Shown piece by piece: positions 12,439 to 25,800 of a stretch of DNA of 64,000 bases. Each line of letters begins with the position of its first letter. Position 1 is the first letter of the stretch. This DNA is from Nannocystis bainbridge. Lineage in GTDB: Bacteria; Myxococcota_A; Polyangia; Nannocystales; Nannocystaceae. The notes beneath the pieces were generated by a model. The model did not search any database. It saw nothing but the letters and a program-made list of their open reading frames with translations, and was not told the DNA's origin. The stretch spans positions 1,888,001 through 1,952,000 of the forward strand of contig NZ_JAQNDL010000002.1 of the NCBI RefSeq assembly GCF_028368995.1. Direction: 5' to 3'. Both the position numbers and the translations under genes were made by a program.

Positions 12439-14391
<1,953 letters not shown>

Positions 14392-14490
14392 GAGCGGCAG
14401 GATAGCGGCTCGCCGCGGCGCGCGGAGGACTTCACGCAGGACGGCGTTGGCGGGGCGCGGGGGCCGATCGGGGCCGCCCGCCCGGGTCGG

Positions 14491-15339
14491 TCAGCCGACG
14501 CGGCGGTAGCGACCGGGCGGCGATTCGACGACGAGCCCGAGGCGCTGGGCCGTCAGCAGATCGACCAGGCGCGTCAGTGGATCGGGGATGGCGTCGAGGC
14601 CCAGGCCGTGCGGTCCGGCCGCTGCGAGCGCCGCATCGAGCCAGGCGAGCTCGGGCGGGAAGCGCCGCACCGACGCGGCCTCGCCGGCGAGCCAGCGCGT
14701 GAACGCCGGGGCGAACGCGTCCGGCTCGCCCGGCAAGCCCGTGGCGCCGCGAGCCACCAGATCGGCGCAGCCAGGGCTGCCGAGCACGACCGCGAGCCGA
14801 CGCTTGCGCTTCAGGGCGCACAGCCCGGTGCCGTGGCTGCCCGAGCGCGCGGCGGCCTCGACCACCAGCACCGCCGCGGCGAGCTCGACGACGACGGCGT
14901 TGCGACTGGCGAACATCGGCCGGCAGAACTCGGTGCCGGGCGGGTGACAGAACAGCAGGCCCGAGCCCGCGGCCCCGGCGATCGACCTGTACCAGGGGAC
15001 ATGTTGCGAGGGATAGGGCCGATCGGCGCCGCACGGCAGGACCGCCAGCTGCGGCACGCCGGCCGCCAGCGCCGCGCGGTGGGCCGCGATGTCGACGCCG
15101 ATGGCGCCGCCGGAGACCAGGGCGAGGCCGGCGGCCCGCATGGCGGCGATCGTCGGCTCGAGCAACGCGAGGCGATCACGCCGCGCGGCGCGGCTGCCGA
15201 CGATCGCCAGGCGCGGCGCGGGCGGCAGCTCGCCGGCGAGGAAGTAAGGGCCCGCGCTGGCGAGGCCGAGGTCGACGGGAGGGACAGGTCGCGGCGTGAA
15301 CACAAGGAGAGGTCGCTGCGAGGGCGCCTTCTTTTGCAC
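14491..15339 (-). CDS. dprA: DNA-processing protein DprA/Smf (short form)
   Basis: LAIVGSR, LVSGGAIGVDIAAHRAAL, FASRNAVV, VLVVEAAARSGSHGT, C-terminal winged-helix-like LGLVVESPPGRY; start uncertain. Confidence 0.85.
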   Translation of the reverse strand: MQKKAPSQRPLLVFTPRPVPPVDLGLASAGPYFLAGELPPAPRLAIVGSRAARRDRLALLEPTIAAMRAAGLALVSGGAIGVDIAAHRAALAAGVPQLAVLPCGADRPYPSQHVPWYRSIAGAAGSGLLFCHPPGTEFCRPMFASRNAVVVELAAAVLVVEAAARSGSHGTGLCALKRKRRLAVVLGSPGCADLVARGATGLPGEPDAFAPAFTRWLAGEAASVRRFPPELAWLDAALAAAGPHGLGLDAIPDPLTRLVDLLTAQRLGLVVESPPGRYRRVG

Positions 15340-15555
15340 GCGGCCGCGGGCGAGCTTTGGCAGGCTCGCAGGCTTCGCGCGAACGGGCGGCTCCGCGACG
15401 CGCCCGGATCCGCGTTGCGAGCGCGTGTCCGGCCCCCTGACAGGGATGTCCCAACGGCGGGCCGCTCGCCGCGGTGAATATCTTCATAACGCCGAGATCG
15501 TTGGATTTTTCCCAGCCGTTCGGCGCGCCCGTGACGTGCATCGTCAGCCCTCGTC

Positions 15556-16110
15556 ATGGCTCGCCACGCCCGACTCCTCGTCACGCTCCTCGCGCTCGTA
15601 CCTGCCTGCGCGGAGGCCACCGCCGGCGACTACGTCCAGGAAGGCGGCGACAGCTCCGCCACCGGCGATCCCGGCGAGGGCAGCGGCGGCGGGATGATGG
15701 AGCCGCTGCCGCGCCATCTGCTCGAGTGCGAGCTGGCGGCGCCGTGCGAGTTCCCGTTCCTCGGCTTCGACTTCGACAAGAGCCTGACGCCGCCGGGCTT
15801 CAGCCCCAGTGATCTCTGCGTGTTCACCAGCCTCGCGCGCGGCGAGCCGGGCCTCATCGAGACGGTCGCCGAGTTCAGCGACGCGACCGCGCGGCTCGAC
15901 TACGCGGTGGTCGGTCCGGGCGTCGCGCTGCGCCAGGCGTCGGGCGAGAGCGACGCGGGCGGCCGCTGGCTGAAGGGCGTGTTCCGCTGCGAGCTGCAGC
16001 CCAGCGCCTGGTTCACCGCGTGCCTGCAGGCGCCCTCCGCGGACTGCCTCGACCCCGAGCAGTGGGTCGTGGACTGCGAGCCTCTCGACAACCTGGTCTG
16101 CCCGGGCTAA
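15556..16110 (+). CDS. Hypothetical Cys-rich lipoprotein
   Basis: Lipobox LLALVPAC, Gly/Ser linker, 8 further Cys. Confidence 0.75.
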   Translation: MARHARLLVTLLALVPACAEATAGDYVQEGGDSSATGDPGEGSGGGMMEPLPRHLLECELAAPCEFPFLGFDFDKSLTPPGFSPSDLCVFTSLARGEPGLIETVAEFSDATARLDYAVVGPGVALRQASGESDAGGRWLKGVFRCELQPSAWFTACLQAPSADCLDPEQWVVDCEPLDNLVCPG

Positions 16111-16120
16111 TCGTCAGCGG

Positions 16121-17233
16121 GTGAAGGTCAAGGCTGCAGTCGCTCACCGGGCCGGCGCGCCCCTCTCGATCGAGACCGTCGATCTCGAAGGACCACGCGC
16201 CGGCGAAGTTTTGCTCGAGATCAAGGCGACGGGGGTGTGCCACACCGACGCCTTCACCCTGTCCGGCAAGGACCCGGAGGGCCTGTTCCCGACCATCCTC
16301 GGCCACGAAGGCGCCGGCGTGGTGGTCGACGTCGGCCCCGGCGTGACCTCCGTGAAGAAGGGCGATCACGCGATCCCGCTCTACACGCCCGAGTGTCGCC
16401 AGTGCAAGTTCTGCCTGTCCGAAAGGACCAATCTGTGTCAGGCGATCCGGTCGACCCAGGGCCAGGGCCTGATGCCCGACGGCACCAGCCGGTTCTCGAT
16501 CGGCGGCAAGCCCCTGTTCCACTACATGGGCTGCTCGACGTTCGCCAACTACACGGTGCTGCCCGAGATCGCGGTCGCCAAGATCCGCGAGGACGCCCCG
16601 TTCGACAAGGTCTGCTACATCGGCTGCGGCGTGACGACCGGCGTCGGCGCGGTCATCAACACCGCCAAGGTCCGCCCGGGTGACAACGTCGTGGTGTTCG
16701 GCCTCGGCGGCATCGGCCTCAACGTGATCCAGGGCGCGCGTCTGGCCGGCGCCAACATGATCGTCGGCGTCGACCTCAACCCCGCGCGCAAGGACATCGC
16801 CGAGCGGTTCGGCATGACCCACTTCGTCGACGCCAGCCAGGTGCCCGGCGGCGAGCTCGTGGCCCACATCGTCAACCTCACCGGCGGCGGCGCCGACTTC
16901 TCGTTCGAGTGCGTCGGCAACGTCCACGTCATGCGCCAGGCGCTCGAGTGCTGTCACAAGGGCTGGGGCACCTCGGTGATCATCGGCGTGGCGGGCGCGG
17001 GCGAAGAGATCAGCACGCGGCCGTTCCAGCTGGTCACCGGGCGGGTGTGGAAGGGCTCGGCGTTCGGCGGGGCCAAGGGCCGGCGCGACGTGCCGAAGAT
17101 CGTCGACTGGTACATGGACAAGAAGATCAACATCGACGACCTCATCACCCACGTGCTCCCGGTCGAGAAGATCAACGACGCCTTCGACCTGATGCACCAC
17201 GGTGACTCGATCCGCACCGTCGTCACCTTCTGA
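16121..17233 (+). CDS. frmA: S-(hydroxymethyl)glutathione dehydrogenase / class III alcohol dehydrogenase
   Basis: GVCHTD, LGHEGAG, structural Zn site [38 protein letters not shown]. Confidence 0.96.
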   Translation: MKVKAAVAHRAGAPLSIETVDLEGPRAGEVLLEIKATGVCHTDAFTLSGKDPEGLFPTILGHEGAGVVVDVGPGVTSVKKGDHAIPLYTPECRQCKFCLSERTNLCQAIRSTQGQGLMPDGTSRFSIGGKPLFHYMGCSTFANYTVLPEIAVAKIREDAPFDKVCYIGCGVTTGVGAVINTAKVRPGDNVVVFGLGGIGLNVIQGARLAGANMIVGVDLNPARKDIAERFGMTHFVDASQVPGGELVAHIVNLTGGGADFSFECVGNVHVMRQALECCHKGWGTSVIIGVAGAGEEISTRPFQLVTGRVWKGSAFGGAKGRRDVPKIVDWYMDKKINIDDLITHVLPVEKINDAFDLMHHGDSIRTVVTF

Positions 17234-17266
17234 GCCGCCGCGCGGCCCCGGCCGGAGCGGTCACGG

Positions 17267-17290
17267 ACGGCCCCCCGCGGGGCCGTTTTC
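17267..17290 (+). terminator. Putative intrinsic terminator after frmA
   Basis: ACGGCCCC-ccgc-GGGGCCGT followed by TTTC. Confidence 0.6.
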
Positions 17291-17441
17291 GCGTTTCGAG
17301 CGGACGTCCGACAGCGGTCCGCCCGCCCTGCACCGCCGCCGCGCGCGGGGGTGATCCGGCGCGCGGAGGTGGGTGGGCCCGCAAGTCTCACGGGCTCGCC
17401 GCTGCGGGTGAAACTCGCGGGCTGCTACACTGCGCGCGCTC

Positions 17442-20400
17442 GTGCCCATGACGCCGCAGATCTTCGGCCGCTACGCGCTGATCGAGCAGATCGGCGAGGG
17501 AGGCATGGCCGACGTGTTCCTCGCCGAGGCCGGCGTCGCCGAGGGCCTGAAGAAGCGCGTCGTCATCAAGAAGATCCGCAGCGACGTCGCCGACCAGCCC
17601 GAGTTCATGCGGATGTTCGTCGCCGAGGCGGAGGTCGCCCTCGGCCTCAACCACGCCAACATCGTCCAGGTGTTCGACTTCGGCCGCGTCGGCGGGGCCT
17701 TTTACCTCGCCATGGAGTTGGTCGAGGGCGTCGACTTGATGCGCATGGTCCGGCTGGTCGGCCAGCGCGGCGAGCGGGTGCCGATCGTCATCGCCGCGTA
17801 CATCGCCCACCAGGTCGCGGCCGGCCTCGCCTACGCGCACGCCAAGCGCGACGACTTCGGCCGCCCGCTGGCGATCGTCCACCGCGACATCAGCCCGCAC
17901 AACATCATGCTGAGCCTCGCCGGCACGGTGAAGATCCTCGACTTCGGCATCGCTCGCACCGCCGCCAAGGCGCGCCGCGACGGCGGCGCCGAGGACAGCA
18001 CGATCCAGGGCAAGATCGCGTACATGTCGCCCGAGCAGGCCAACGGCTGGCCGCTCGACGCCCGCTCCGACATCTACTCGCTCGGCGTGGTCCTCTACGA
18101 GCTGCTGACCGGCGAGCTGGTGTTCCGCGACGCCGACCGCATGGCCGCGCTCGAGCAGGTCCGCACGCGCCCGCTGCCGCCGCTGCGCCGCGTCGCGCCC
18201 GAGGTGCCCGAGGTGCTGGCCGCGGTGGTCGACCGCGCCCTCGCGCGCGAGCCGGCCGAGCGGTGGGACAGCGCGCGCGCCATGCAGAGCGCGCTGGCGG
18301 CGTTTCTTCACCGCGCCGATCCGGTCGTCGACGACGAGGTGCTGTCGGCCTTCGTCGCCGCGCGCGTGCCAGAGCAACTGTACGACCGCGGCTCGGGCGA
18401 CGCCGAGGTCACGCGCGAGCTCGAGGGCTCGCAGTCGCAGCTGCACGCGCCGCCGCGGCCCGAGGTGCGGCGCGTCGTGCTGCTCAAGGCCGCGCTGGCG
18501 CCGGCGCTCGGCGTCGAGGATCCGCTCGAGCCGGCCCGGTTCTTCGCGCTGGCCCGCGACATCGCCTACAAGCGCGACGCCCAGGTGAGCGAGCTCGGGG
18601 CGCGCGGCCTCTTGCTCGTGTTCGGCGCCGTGCTCGATCCCGGCGACGTCGACGAGGCGGCGCTGCGGGCCGCGCTGGCCCTGCGCGAGGCGGCCAGCGA
18701 GGCGGCGCCCGGGCACCAGATCGGCGTGGTCCTGGCCGCCGCGCCCTTGCCGATCCGACATGTCCCTTCGGGCATGCCCGCGGTCGAGGTCGGCCACGAT
18801 CTGCGGCGTCACCTGCAGACGATGGCCGACGGCGTGCTCGACGGGCCGGTGCTGGTCGCCGGCGATCTGGCGGCGCGGCTGGCCGGGTCGTGGCAGTTCG
18901 GGCCGCCGCGGGCGATCGAGGTCGTGCGCCCGCGTCGCGCCGCCGACCTCACCGGCGGCGTGCTGCCGCCGTGGGCCAGCGCGCTCGCGCAGGCGGTGCC
19001 GCTGCTCGGGCCGGTGGTCGCGCCGCGGCTCGTGACCGTCGGCGGGCGCCAGCCGCTGTACGGCCGCGAGCTCGAGCTCAAGCTGCTGCGCGACAGCTTC
19101 GCCGAGGCGATCCGGGCCCGGGTCGCGCGCACGGTGCTGGTCGTCGGCGGCCCGGGGATCGGCAAGCGCGCCCTGCTCGACCGCTTCCTCGCCGCCCTGC
19201 CCCGCGGCGGCTGCGTGGTCCTGCGCGCGCGCGGCCAGTGGCGCCGCCGCAACGTCCCGTTCGGGGTGTTCCAGGAGATGCTGCGGCAGTTCCTCGACGC
19301 CGGCCCGGAGACCACCACGGCCGACATCGAGTCGCGCCTGGCCAGCGAGCGGGTGGTCGGCGCCGGCGAGCTGGCGCAGGCGCTCGCGCGCGCGCTCGGC
19401 GTGTCCCCCGGGACAGGTCTCAACGTACATGTCCGAACGGACAGCGACGGCGCCGGCGATCCGCGGTCGCGGCGCGAGCGGCTGTGGCGACCGATCCGCC
19501 GCCTGATCCGCGCCCTCGCCCAGCGCCGGCCGGTGCTGATGGTGGTCGAGGACCTCCACTTCGTCGACGCTCACAGCCTCGGCCTGCTGCACGAGTGGCT
19601 GCAGGAGCCGCACAGCCTGCCGCTCATGGGCCTCGCCACCGCCCGCCCCGGCCCGCGCGCCGACGAGCTGCGGGCGCTGCCGGGCGTGCACGCGATCGAG
19701 CTGCGCGAGCTCGACGACCACGCCCGCCGCGAGCTGGTGGTCCGCCGCTTCGACGACCCCGCCGAGGCCGAGGAGCTGGCCGCGGCGATCGTCGCGCGCA
19801 CCGGCGGCAACCCGCTGTTCATCGAGGAGACCCTGGCCGAGCTGCTGCGCCGCGGCGTGGTCGGCCCCGGCGACGACGGTCGGATGTGGCGCGTGCACCA
19901 GCGCGGCGCTCGCATCGAGGTCCCGCCGAGCGTCGAGGACGCGCTGCTGGCCCGCCTCGACGCGCTCGACCCCGAGGCGCGCGCGCTGATCGACGGCGCG
20001 GCCGTGCTTGGCCTGACCTTTCGGACAGGTGAACTCGCGGCCCTGCTGCAGCGCCCGCAGGCCGAGCTCGTCGAACCTCTGGCCGCGCTGGTCGACGCCG
20101 GCCTGCTCGAGCGCCCGCCGCTGCCGGCCGGCACGCCCGCGGCGGCCCGGTTCGCCACCCTCAGCCTGCACGAGGTCGCCCGCGGCAACCTGTCCTCGGG
20201 GACATGCGAGGGCATGCACGCGCGGGCCGCCGAGCTCAAGGCGGCCCGCGCCGACTACCAGCCCGGGCGCGACGACGGCCCGATCGCCGATCACTGGGCC
20301 CAGGCGCGCCGGCCCGAGGCGGCGATCGAGCCGGCCCTGCGCGCGGCCCGGTTCGCCCGCGACGTCGCCGGCAACGTCGAGGCCTACTACTACCTGTCGC

Positions 20401-21704
20401 TGGCGCTGCGCTCGATGCGGCCCGAGGCCGATCCGCGGGCCTGGGACGCGCTGCGCGAGCGCGAGGCGATCCTGGCCGCGTGGGGCCGCCGGCGGGCCCA
20501 GGGCGCCGATCTTCGGGCGCTCTTGCGGCTCGCGCTCGGCACCAACGAGCGCGAGGTGTTCGCGCTCGGCCGCCTGCTCCGCTTCTACCTCGACTGTGGG
20601 CGCATCCAGCGGGCCCAACAATTGTTCCCGCGCCTGGCCCGTCAGACCGAGGCCCTGCCCGACGCCGACCCGCACCGCGGCCTCGTCGGCGAGCTCGGCT
20701 CGGCGCTGATGCTGGCGCGCGACCGGCCCGAGGAGGCCGAGCGCCTCGCCGCCGCCGGCCTGGCCCACTGCCCGCCCGAGGCCGCCGCCCAGCGCTGCCG
20801 CCTCCACGCCGCGTTGGGCCGGGCTCAGCTCGCGCAGGGTCGGCTGGCCGAGGCGGTGGTCAACTTCGAGGCCACGCTGCACCTGGCCCAAAAGACAGGT
20901 CTCCTGCGGCTCGAGGGCGAGGCGCTCAACAGCCTCGGCGAGGTCGCCGGCCGCGGCACCCGCTATCAGGAGGCGGTCGACTACTTCCGCGCCGCGCTGC
21001 AGGTCGACCGCGACCTCGGCGACCGGGCGGCGACCGGCACCAAGCTGGCCAACCTCGGCATCGTCTACACCGCGATCGGCCTCTATCGCCGCGCCGAACG
21101 CTACCTCCGCAAGGCGCTCGAGCTGCACGAGGCGATCGGTCACCCCGGCCTGCTGCTCGAGGTCGTCGTCAACCTCGGCGAGGTCTCGGCCGAGCACGGC
21201 GACGTCCAGGCCGCGCGCGCGCTGCTGCTGCACGCCGCCGACATGGCCGCCGCCCGCGGCGACGCCCGCACCGAGCTGCGGGCCCGCGCCCGCCTGGCCC
21301 GCGCCCTCGTCGACGGCAGCCCGCCCGACCTCGAAGAGGCCCGGGTCCTCGCCGAAGCCGTGCTGGCCCGCGCCCGCGGCCTCGGCCTGCGCACCGCCAC
21401 CTGTCGCGCGCTGCATGTCCTTTCGCGCCTGTCCGAACAGACAGGCGACCTCACGACCGCGCGCGCGCTCGAGGAGGAGGCGGTCGAGCTGGTCCGCGCC
21501 GGCGCGGCCCCGATCGACGGGGTGCTTTCGATCCACCACCTCGGCCACCTGCTGGCCGAGGTCCGCCCGGCCGAGTCGGCGGCCCTGCTCGCCGACGCCG
21601 CTGCTGCCGTGCGCGCCCGCCTCGAGGGCCTGCGCGACGAGGACCTGCGCCGCGGCTACCTGGCCCAGGCGAAGGTCCAGGAGATCCTCGGCGAGGCCGA
21701 GTGA
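17442..21704 (+). CDS. Ser/Thr kinase fused to a degenerate nucleotide-cyclase-like domain, AAA/STAND-like ATPase and TPRs
   Basis: IGEGGMADV, VIKKI, HRDISPHN, DFG, YMSPEQ; GLLLVFGA...AALRAALAL; GGPGIGK and VVEDLH; TGGNPLFIEE; C-terminal TPRs. Confidence 0.92.
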   Translation: MPMTPQIFGRYALIEQIGEGGMADVFLAEAGVAEGLKKRVVIKKIRSDVADQPEFMRMFVAEAEVALGLNHANIVQVFDFGRVGGAFYLAMELVEGVDLMRMVRLVGQRGERVPIVIAAYIAHQVAAGLAYAHAKRDDFGRPLAIVHRDISPHNIMLSLAGTVKILDFGIARTAAKARRDGGAEDSTIQGKIAYMSPEQANGWPLDARSDIYSLGVVLYELLTGELVFRDADRMAALEQVRTRPLPPLRRVAPEVPEVLAAVVDRALAREPAERWDSARAMQSALAAFLHRADPVVDDEVLSAFVAARVPEQLYDRGSGDAEVTRELEGSQSQLHAPPRPEVRRVVLLKAALAPALGVEDPLEPARFFALARDIAYKRDAQVSELGARGLLLVFGAVLDPGDVDEAALRAALALREAASEAAPGHQIGVVLAAAPLPIRHVPSGMPAVEVGHDLRRHLQTMADGVLDGPVLVAGDLAARLAGSWQFGPPRAIEVVRPRRAADLTGGVLPPWASALAQAVPLLGPVVAPRLVTVGGRQPLYGRELELKLLRDSFAEAIRARVARTVLVVGGPGIGKRALLDRFLAALPRGGCVVLRARGQWRRRNVPFGVFQEMLRQFLDAGPETTTADIESRLASERVVGAGELAQALARALGVSPGTGLNVHVRTDSDGAGDPRSRRERLWRPIRRLIRALAQRRPVLMVVEDLHFVDAHSLGLLHEWLQEPHSLPLMGLATARPGPRADELRALPGVHAIELRELDDHARRELVVRRFDDPAEAEELAAAIVARTGGNPLFIEETLAELLRRGVVGPGDDGRMWRVHQRGARIEVPPSVEDALLARLDALDPEARALIDGAAVLGLTFRTGELAALLQRPQAELVEPLAALVDAGLLERPPLPAGTPAAARFATLSLHEVARGNLSSGTCEGMHARAAELKAARADYQPGRDDGPIADHWAQARRPEAAIEPALRAARFARDVAGNVEAYYYLSLALRSMRPEADPRAWDALREREAILAAWGRRRAQGADLRALLRLALGTNEREVFALGRLLRFYLDCGRIQRAQQLFPRLARQTEALPDADPHRGLVGELGSALMLARDRPEEAERLAAAGLAHCPPEAAAQRCRLHAALGRAQLAQGRLAEAVVNFEATLHLAQKTGLLRLEGEALNSLGEVAGRGTRYQEAVDYFRAALQVDRDLGDRAATGTKLANLGIVYTAIGLYRRAERYLRKALELHEAIGHPGLLLEVVVNLGEVSAEHGDVQAARALLLHAADMAAARGDARTELRARARLARALVDGSPPDLEEARVLAEAVLARARGLGLRTATCRALHVLSRLSEQTGDLTTARALEEEAVELVRAGAAPIDGVLSIHHLGHLLAEVRPAESAALLADAAAAVRARLEGLRDEDLRRGYLAQAKVQEILGEAE

Positions 21705-21801
21705 GCGCCCGCGTTCGCGTCGTGAGGACATGACTGATGGGACAGGTCCGCGAGCCGGCTCTCGCGGCCGCGACCCGACTCGCCTATCCTCGGTCTGCGT
21801 G

Positions 21802-22635
21802 ATGCGTCCCTCGGACCTGCTCGACCACGCCGAATTCTGGCGCGCCCATTACTCGTTCTGTCTGTCTCCCGCCGCCCAGCAGGCGCTCTTTCCGGGCCCC
21901 GACCAGGACACGCCGATCGAGCGCACGCCCTTCTACCTCGACCTGTTCGGCCTGACGAAGCAGGCCGCCGAGCTCCGCGTGCAGCAGATCCGCGCCGCCG
22001 GGAGCGTCGAAGCGGCGATCGAGCGCGCCCTCGCGGCCGACCCCCTGTGCGACCTCTGGCCCGAGCTTACCGACGCGATTCGGGCCGACTTCCGCGACGC
22101 CGAGGCCCGCGCGCGTGAGCCCGACGCCGCGCTCGTGCTGCGCTTCCCGGCGGGCTGGTCGATCGAGGTCCGCTACCACCCGGGCGCGGTGAAGTTCGTG
22201 CTCTCTGGACCTGGACGCAGCGCGCCGCTCCTGCTCGGCGCCGACGCTGGAGATGGATCGATGCCGATGTTGCGCTGGGAAGAGCTCGAGCTCCTCACCC
22301 GCCGGGTGCAACGGATCGACGACGCCTCGCCGAGCGACGTCGCCGGCATGAGCGGCAGAGTCCTGGCGATCGGCGCGTGCGGCTCGATCACCGACGACCC
22401 GGCGGCCGCCGAGGAGCTCGTGGCCGGCTTCTGGGGCGGTGCTCCCGACGCCGCAGCCCTCGCGCGTGAGCTCGTGCGACGGCCTCACTTTCGCTGGTCC
22501 GAGGACGCGGAGCTGGGTTGGCTGTGCGAGGGCCGCCACGGCCATCGCCAGCGCCCCGCCGTCGACCGACCCGGTTGGTCGACGCGCGAGCTGACGTTCG
22601 TGCGGTCGTTCTTCCGCGCGATCGAAGGCGCGTAG
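21802..22635 (+). CDS. Hypothetical protein, possibly Imm19-like immunity protein
   Basis: Open frame from ATG 21802. LRFPAGWSIEVRYHPG...LLG...PMLRWEEL resembles Imm19 as I recall it (no search run). Confidence 0.6.
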   Translation: MRPSDLLDHAEFWRAHYSFCLSPAAQQALFPGPDQDTPIERTPFYLDLFGLTKQAAELRVQQIRAAGSVEAAIERALAADPLCDLWPELTDAIRADFRDAEARAREPDAALVLRFPAGWSIEVRYHPGAVKFVLSGPGRSAPLLLGADAGDGSMPMLRWEELELLTRRVQRIDDASPSDVAGMSGRVLAIGACGSITDDPAAAEELVAGFWGGAPDAAALARELVRRPHFRWSEDAELGWLCEGRHGHRQRPAVDRPGWSTRELTFVRSFFRAIEGA

Positions 22636-22843
22636 GAGCCTCGCCCCTTCGTCTTCGGCCTGCATCTCGGCGACCACCTCGATCGCAGACAATCCGAGAA
22701 CTCTCGATCGACCGGTGAAACTTCCCTGCCGGTGCTTCCGTGCGCGGCAACACCGGCCGCTCCGGTTCGCGCCGTGCGAGCGGACTTTCCTCGCGTCTCG
22801 CCGCGCTGATCTGCCAGCCCACGGCGCGCCGCTGACTCCGGCG

Positions 22844-25800
22844 ATGGTTATTCACATAAATAAGCCCGAGCGGATCGTGATCGTCGGTGGTGGCATGGCG
22901 GCCCTCACCACCGCCTTCGAGTTGACCTCGCGTCCCGACTGGCGCGAGCGCTACGACATCACCGTCTATCAGATGGGCCATCGGCTCGGCGGCAAGGGGG
23001 CCAGCGGGCGCGATCAGGAGCGCTTCGATCGCATCGAGGAGCACGGCCTCCACCTCTTCTACGGCTTCTACGACAACGCCTTCTCGGTCCTGCGCCGCTG
23101 TTACGACGAGCTCGCGCGGCCCGCCGGCGCCCCGCTGCGGACCCTCGAGGACGCGTTTCATCCCCACTCGCTGGTCGTGTTCGAGGAGCAGCGCGGCGGG
23201 CAGTGGCACCACCAGCCGCTGCTGTTCCCGCGCAATCACGAGCGCCCGGGCCTCGGCGCCGCCACCCCGACCCCGGCGGCGCTGATCCCCAAGATGCTCA
23301 CCTTCCTGCTCGATCTTTTCGACGAGCAACCACTGCTCAAGAACCCCGCCGCCACTCGCAGCGATCGCGCCGCGCTGCGGCTGCTGCGGCGCGGCGTCTC
23401 CGGCCTGCTCGGCGAGCTCGGCGAGTTCCTCCAGCGCCCCGGCGACGGCCTCGTGGTCGTGCGGCGCGAGGCCTTGCTCGGCCGCCTGCTCGCGTTCTCG
23501 CGCTGGACCTGGCGCCTGTGCGCGCCGCTGCTCGCTCGCCGGCCCGACCTGCGCGTCGCCTGGACCGCCGTCGACGTCACCCTGGCGATGATCCGCGGCA
23601 TGATCGCCGACCGCCTGGTCGAAGAGACAGCCGTCGACTGGCTCCGCCTCGACCACGAGGACTTCCGCGCCTGGCTGCGCCGCCACGGCGCCAGCGACGA
23701 GGCCGTCGCCGCTTCCACCGTCGCGGGCGTCTACGCCGGGGCCTACATGGCCGACCAGGAGCTCGGCGCCGGCACGGCCCTGCACTGGACGCTGCGCATG
23801 CTCTACACCTACCGCGGCGCGCTCTTCTACAAGATGCAGGCCGGCATGGGCGACGTCGTGTTCGCGCCGCTGTACCTGGTGCTGCGCGCTTGCGGCGTCA
23901 AGTTCCGCTTCTTCCACCGCGCCGACGCGCTGCGCCTGTCGGCCGATCGCAGCCGGATCGACGAGGTCGTGTTCGGGCGCCAGGTCGCCGTCAAGGGCGG
24001 CCGCGACTACGAGCCGCTCTACGACGTGAAGGGCCTGCCGTGCTGGCCGAGCGAGCCGCTCTACGACCAGCTCGAGCACGGCGACGCGCTGGCGCAGAGC
24101 GGCGAGAACCTCGAGGACTGGGGCACGCAGTGGCCCGACTCGCAGGAACCGCTGGTGCTCGCGGCCGGCCGCGATTTCGACCGCGTGCTGCTCGGCATCG
24201 GCCTCGGCGCGGTGCCGGCCCTGTGCGCCGAGATGATCGCCGACCCGAACAACCCGCGCTTCGCCGCGATGGTGCGCGCCGTCAAGACCACCCACACCGC
24301 GTCGGCGCAGCTGTGGTTCCGCGGCGACCTGGCCTCGACCGGCTGGCGCTTGCCGCCGCCGGTGATGATCCCCCACGCCATGCCGCTCGACACCTGGGCC
24401 GACATGAGCCACCTCCTGCCGCGCGAGAGCTTTCCGGGACATGTCCCTACGGCCAGCTGCGCCTACCTCACCGCGGCGATGGACGACGACGAGACGCCGC
24501 CGGTCCGCCGCGAGGACGCCGAAGGTTATTGCGCACGCCAGACCGCGCGGATCCGGACCCTGCTCGCGCAGCACCTGCGCACCAACAGCGCGCACCTGTG
24601 GCCGGCCGCGCAGAAGCCCGGCGGCGGCCTCGATCACCGCTGCCTCGTCACCACCGACGCCGGCGCCGATCCGCTCGACTGGCAGCACGTCAGCCCGTGC
24701 CTCAATCCGTCCGACCGCTACGTGCGATCGATCCGCGGCAGCACCCTCCATCGCCTCGACGCCGGCGCCTCCGGCTACGACAACCTGGTCCTGTGCGGCG
24801 ACTGGACCCTCAACCCGATGAACCTCGGCTGCGTCGAGGGCGCGACGATGTCGGGCATTCGCGCGGCCCAGGTCATCAGCGGCGAGGCCATCGCCCTGCA
24901 CGACGACTGGCTGGCCGCGCGCCACCCGGCCCTGCGCACGCCCGCGCGCGAGCGGCCGCGCTACATCCAGCGGGCGCTCAACGAGTCGACCTCGCCGCCG
25001 TACGAGGCGCGGGCCACCGCGATGTACGCCTCGGTCCTCGCCGCCGAACCCGAGCGCCTCGCCGACCTGTGCCAGCGTCACCTCGGCCTCAACCCCGAGC
25101 GCTGCTACCTCCCGCTCGGCCCCTCGGTGGTGTTCTACGCCCAGCACAACCACGCGCTGTCGGCCGTCGACGCGCCCGGCGTGGTCCCCGAGCGCGACTT
25201 CGGCTTCCTCGTCCCCGTCGCCGTGTGCGAGCGCCGGGCCGGCAAGCTGACGCCCGTCGGCGTCGCCGTCTACATGCCGTACCTCTGGGTCGACCTCGGC
25301 GCGGCGCTGCTCGGTGGGCGCGAGGTCCTCGGCTTCCCCAAAGGCCAGGCGACGCTCGGCTTCCCCGGCGCGCCCACCGGCGCCGTCGAGCTGCGCGTCG
25401 ATGCCTGGATGCCGCCCGCGAGCGGCCGCGGCGACGCCTGGCGCGAGGAGCGGCTGATCGACGCCCGCCTCGACGACAGCGCCAGGAGCCGCGTCCGCTC
25501 GCTCGCCGACGCCCTGCGCTCCGGCTTCGACCCCTCCTGGCTGGCCAGCCGCGGCGTCGACCTGGCCGGCCAGCTCTGCCTGCTGCGCGCCATCACCATG
25601 ACCCTTCGGACAGGTGGCCTGCGTATGGTGTTCCTCAAGCAGTACCGCGACGCCGCCGCCTGCGATCGCGCCTGCTACCAGGCGATCGTCGAGGCCCCGT
25701 GCACCCGCGCCGGCACCCCGCGCGTGGCGGCCCAGCTGCCCGGGGCGCTGCAGCTCCAGATCTTGCGCCGCTCCGGCCTGCTGGCGGAGCTCGGCCTGCG

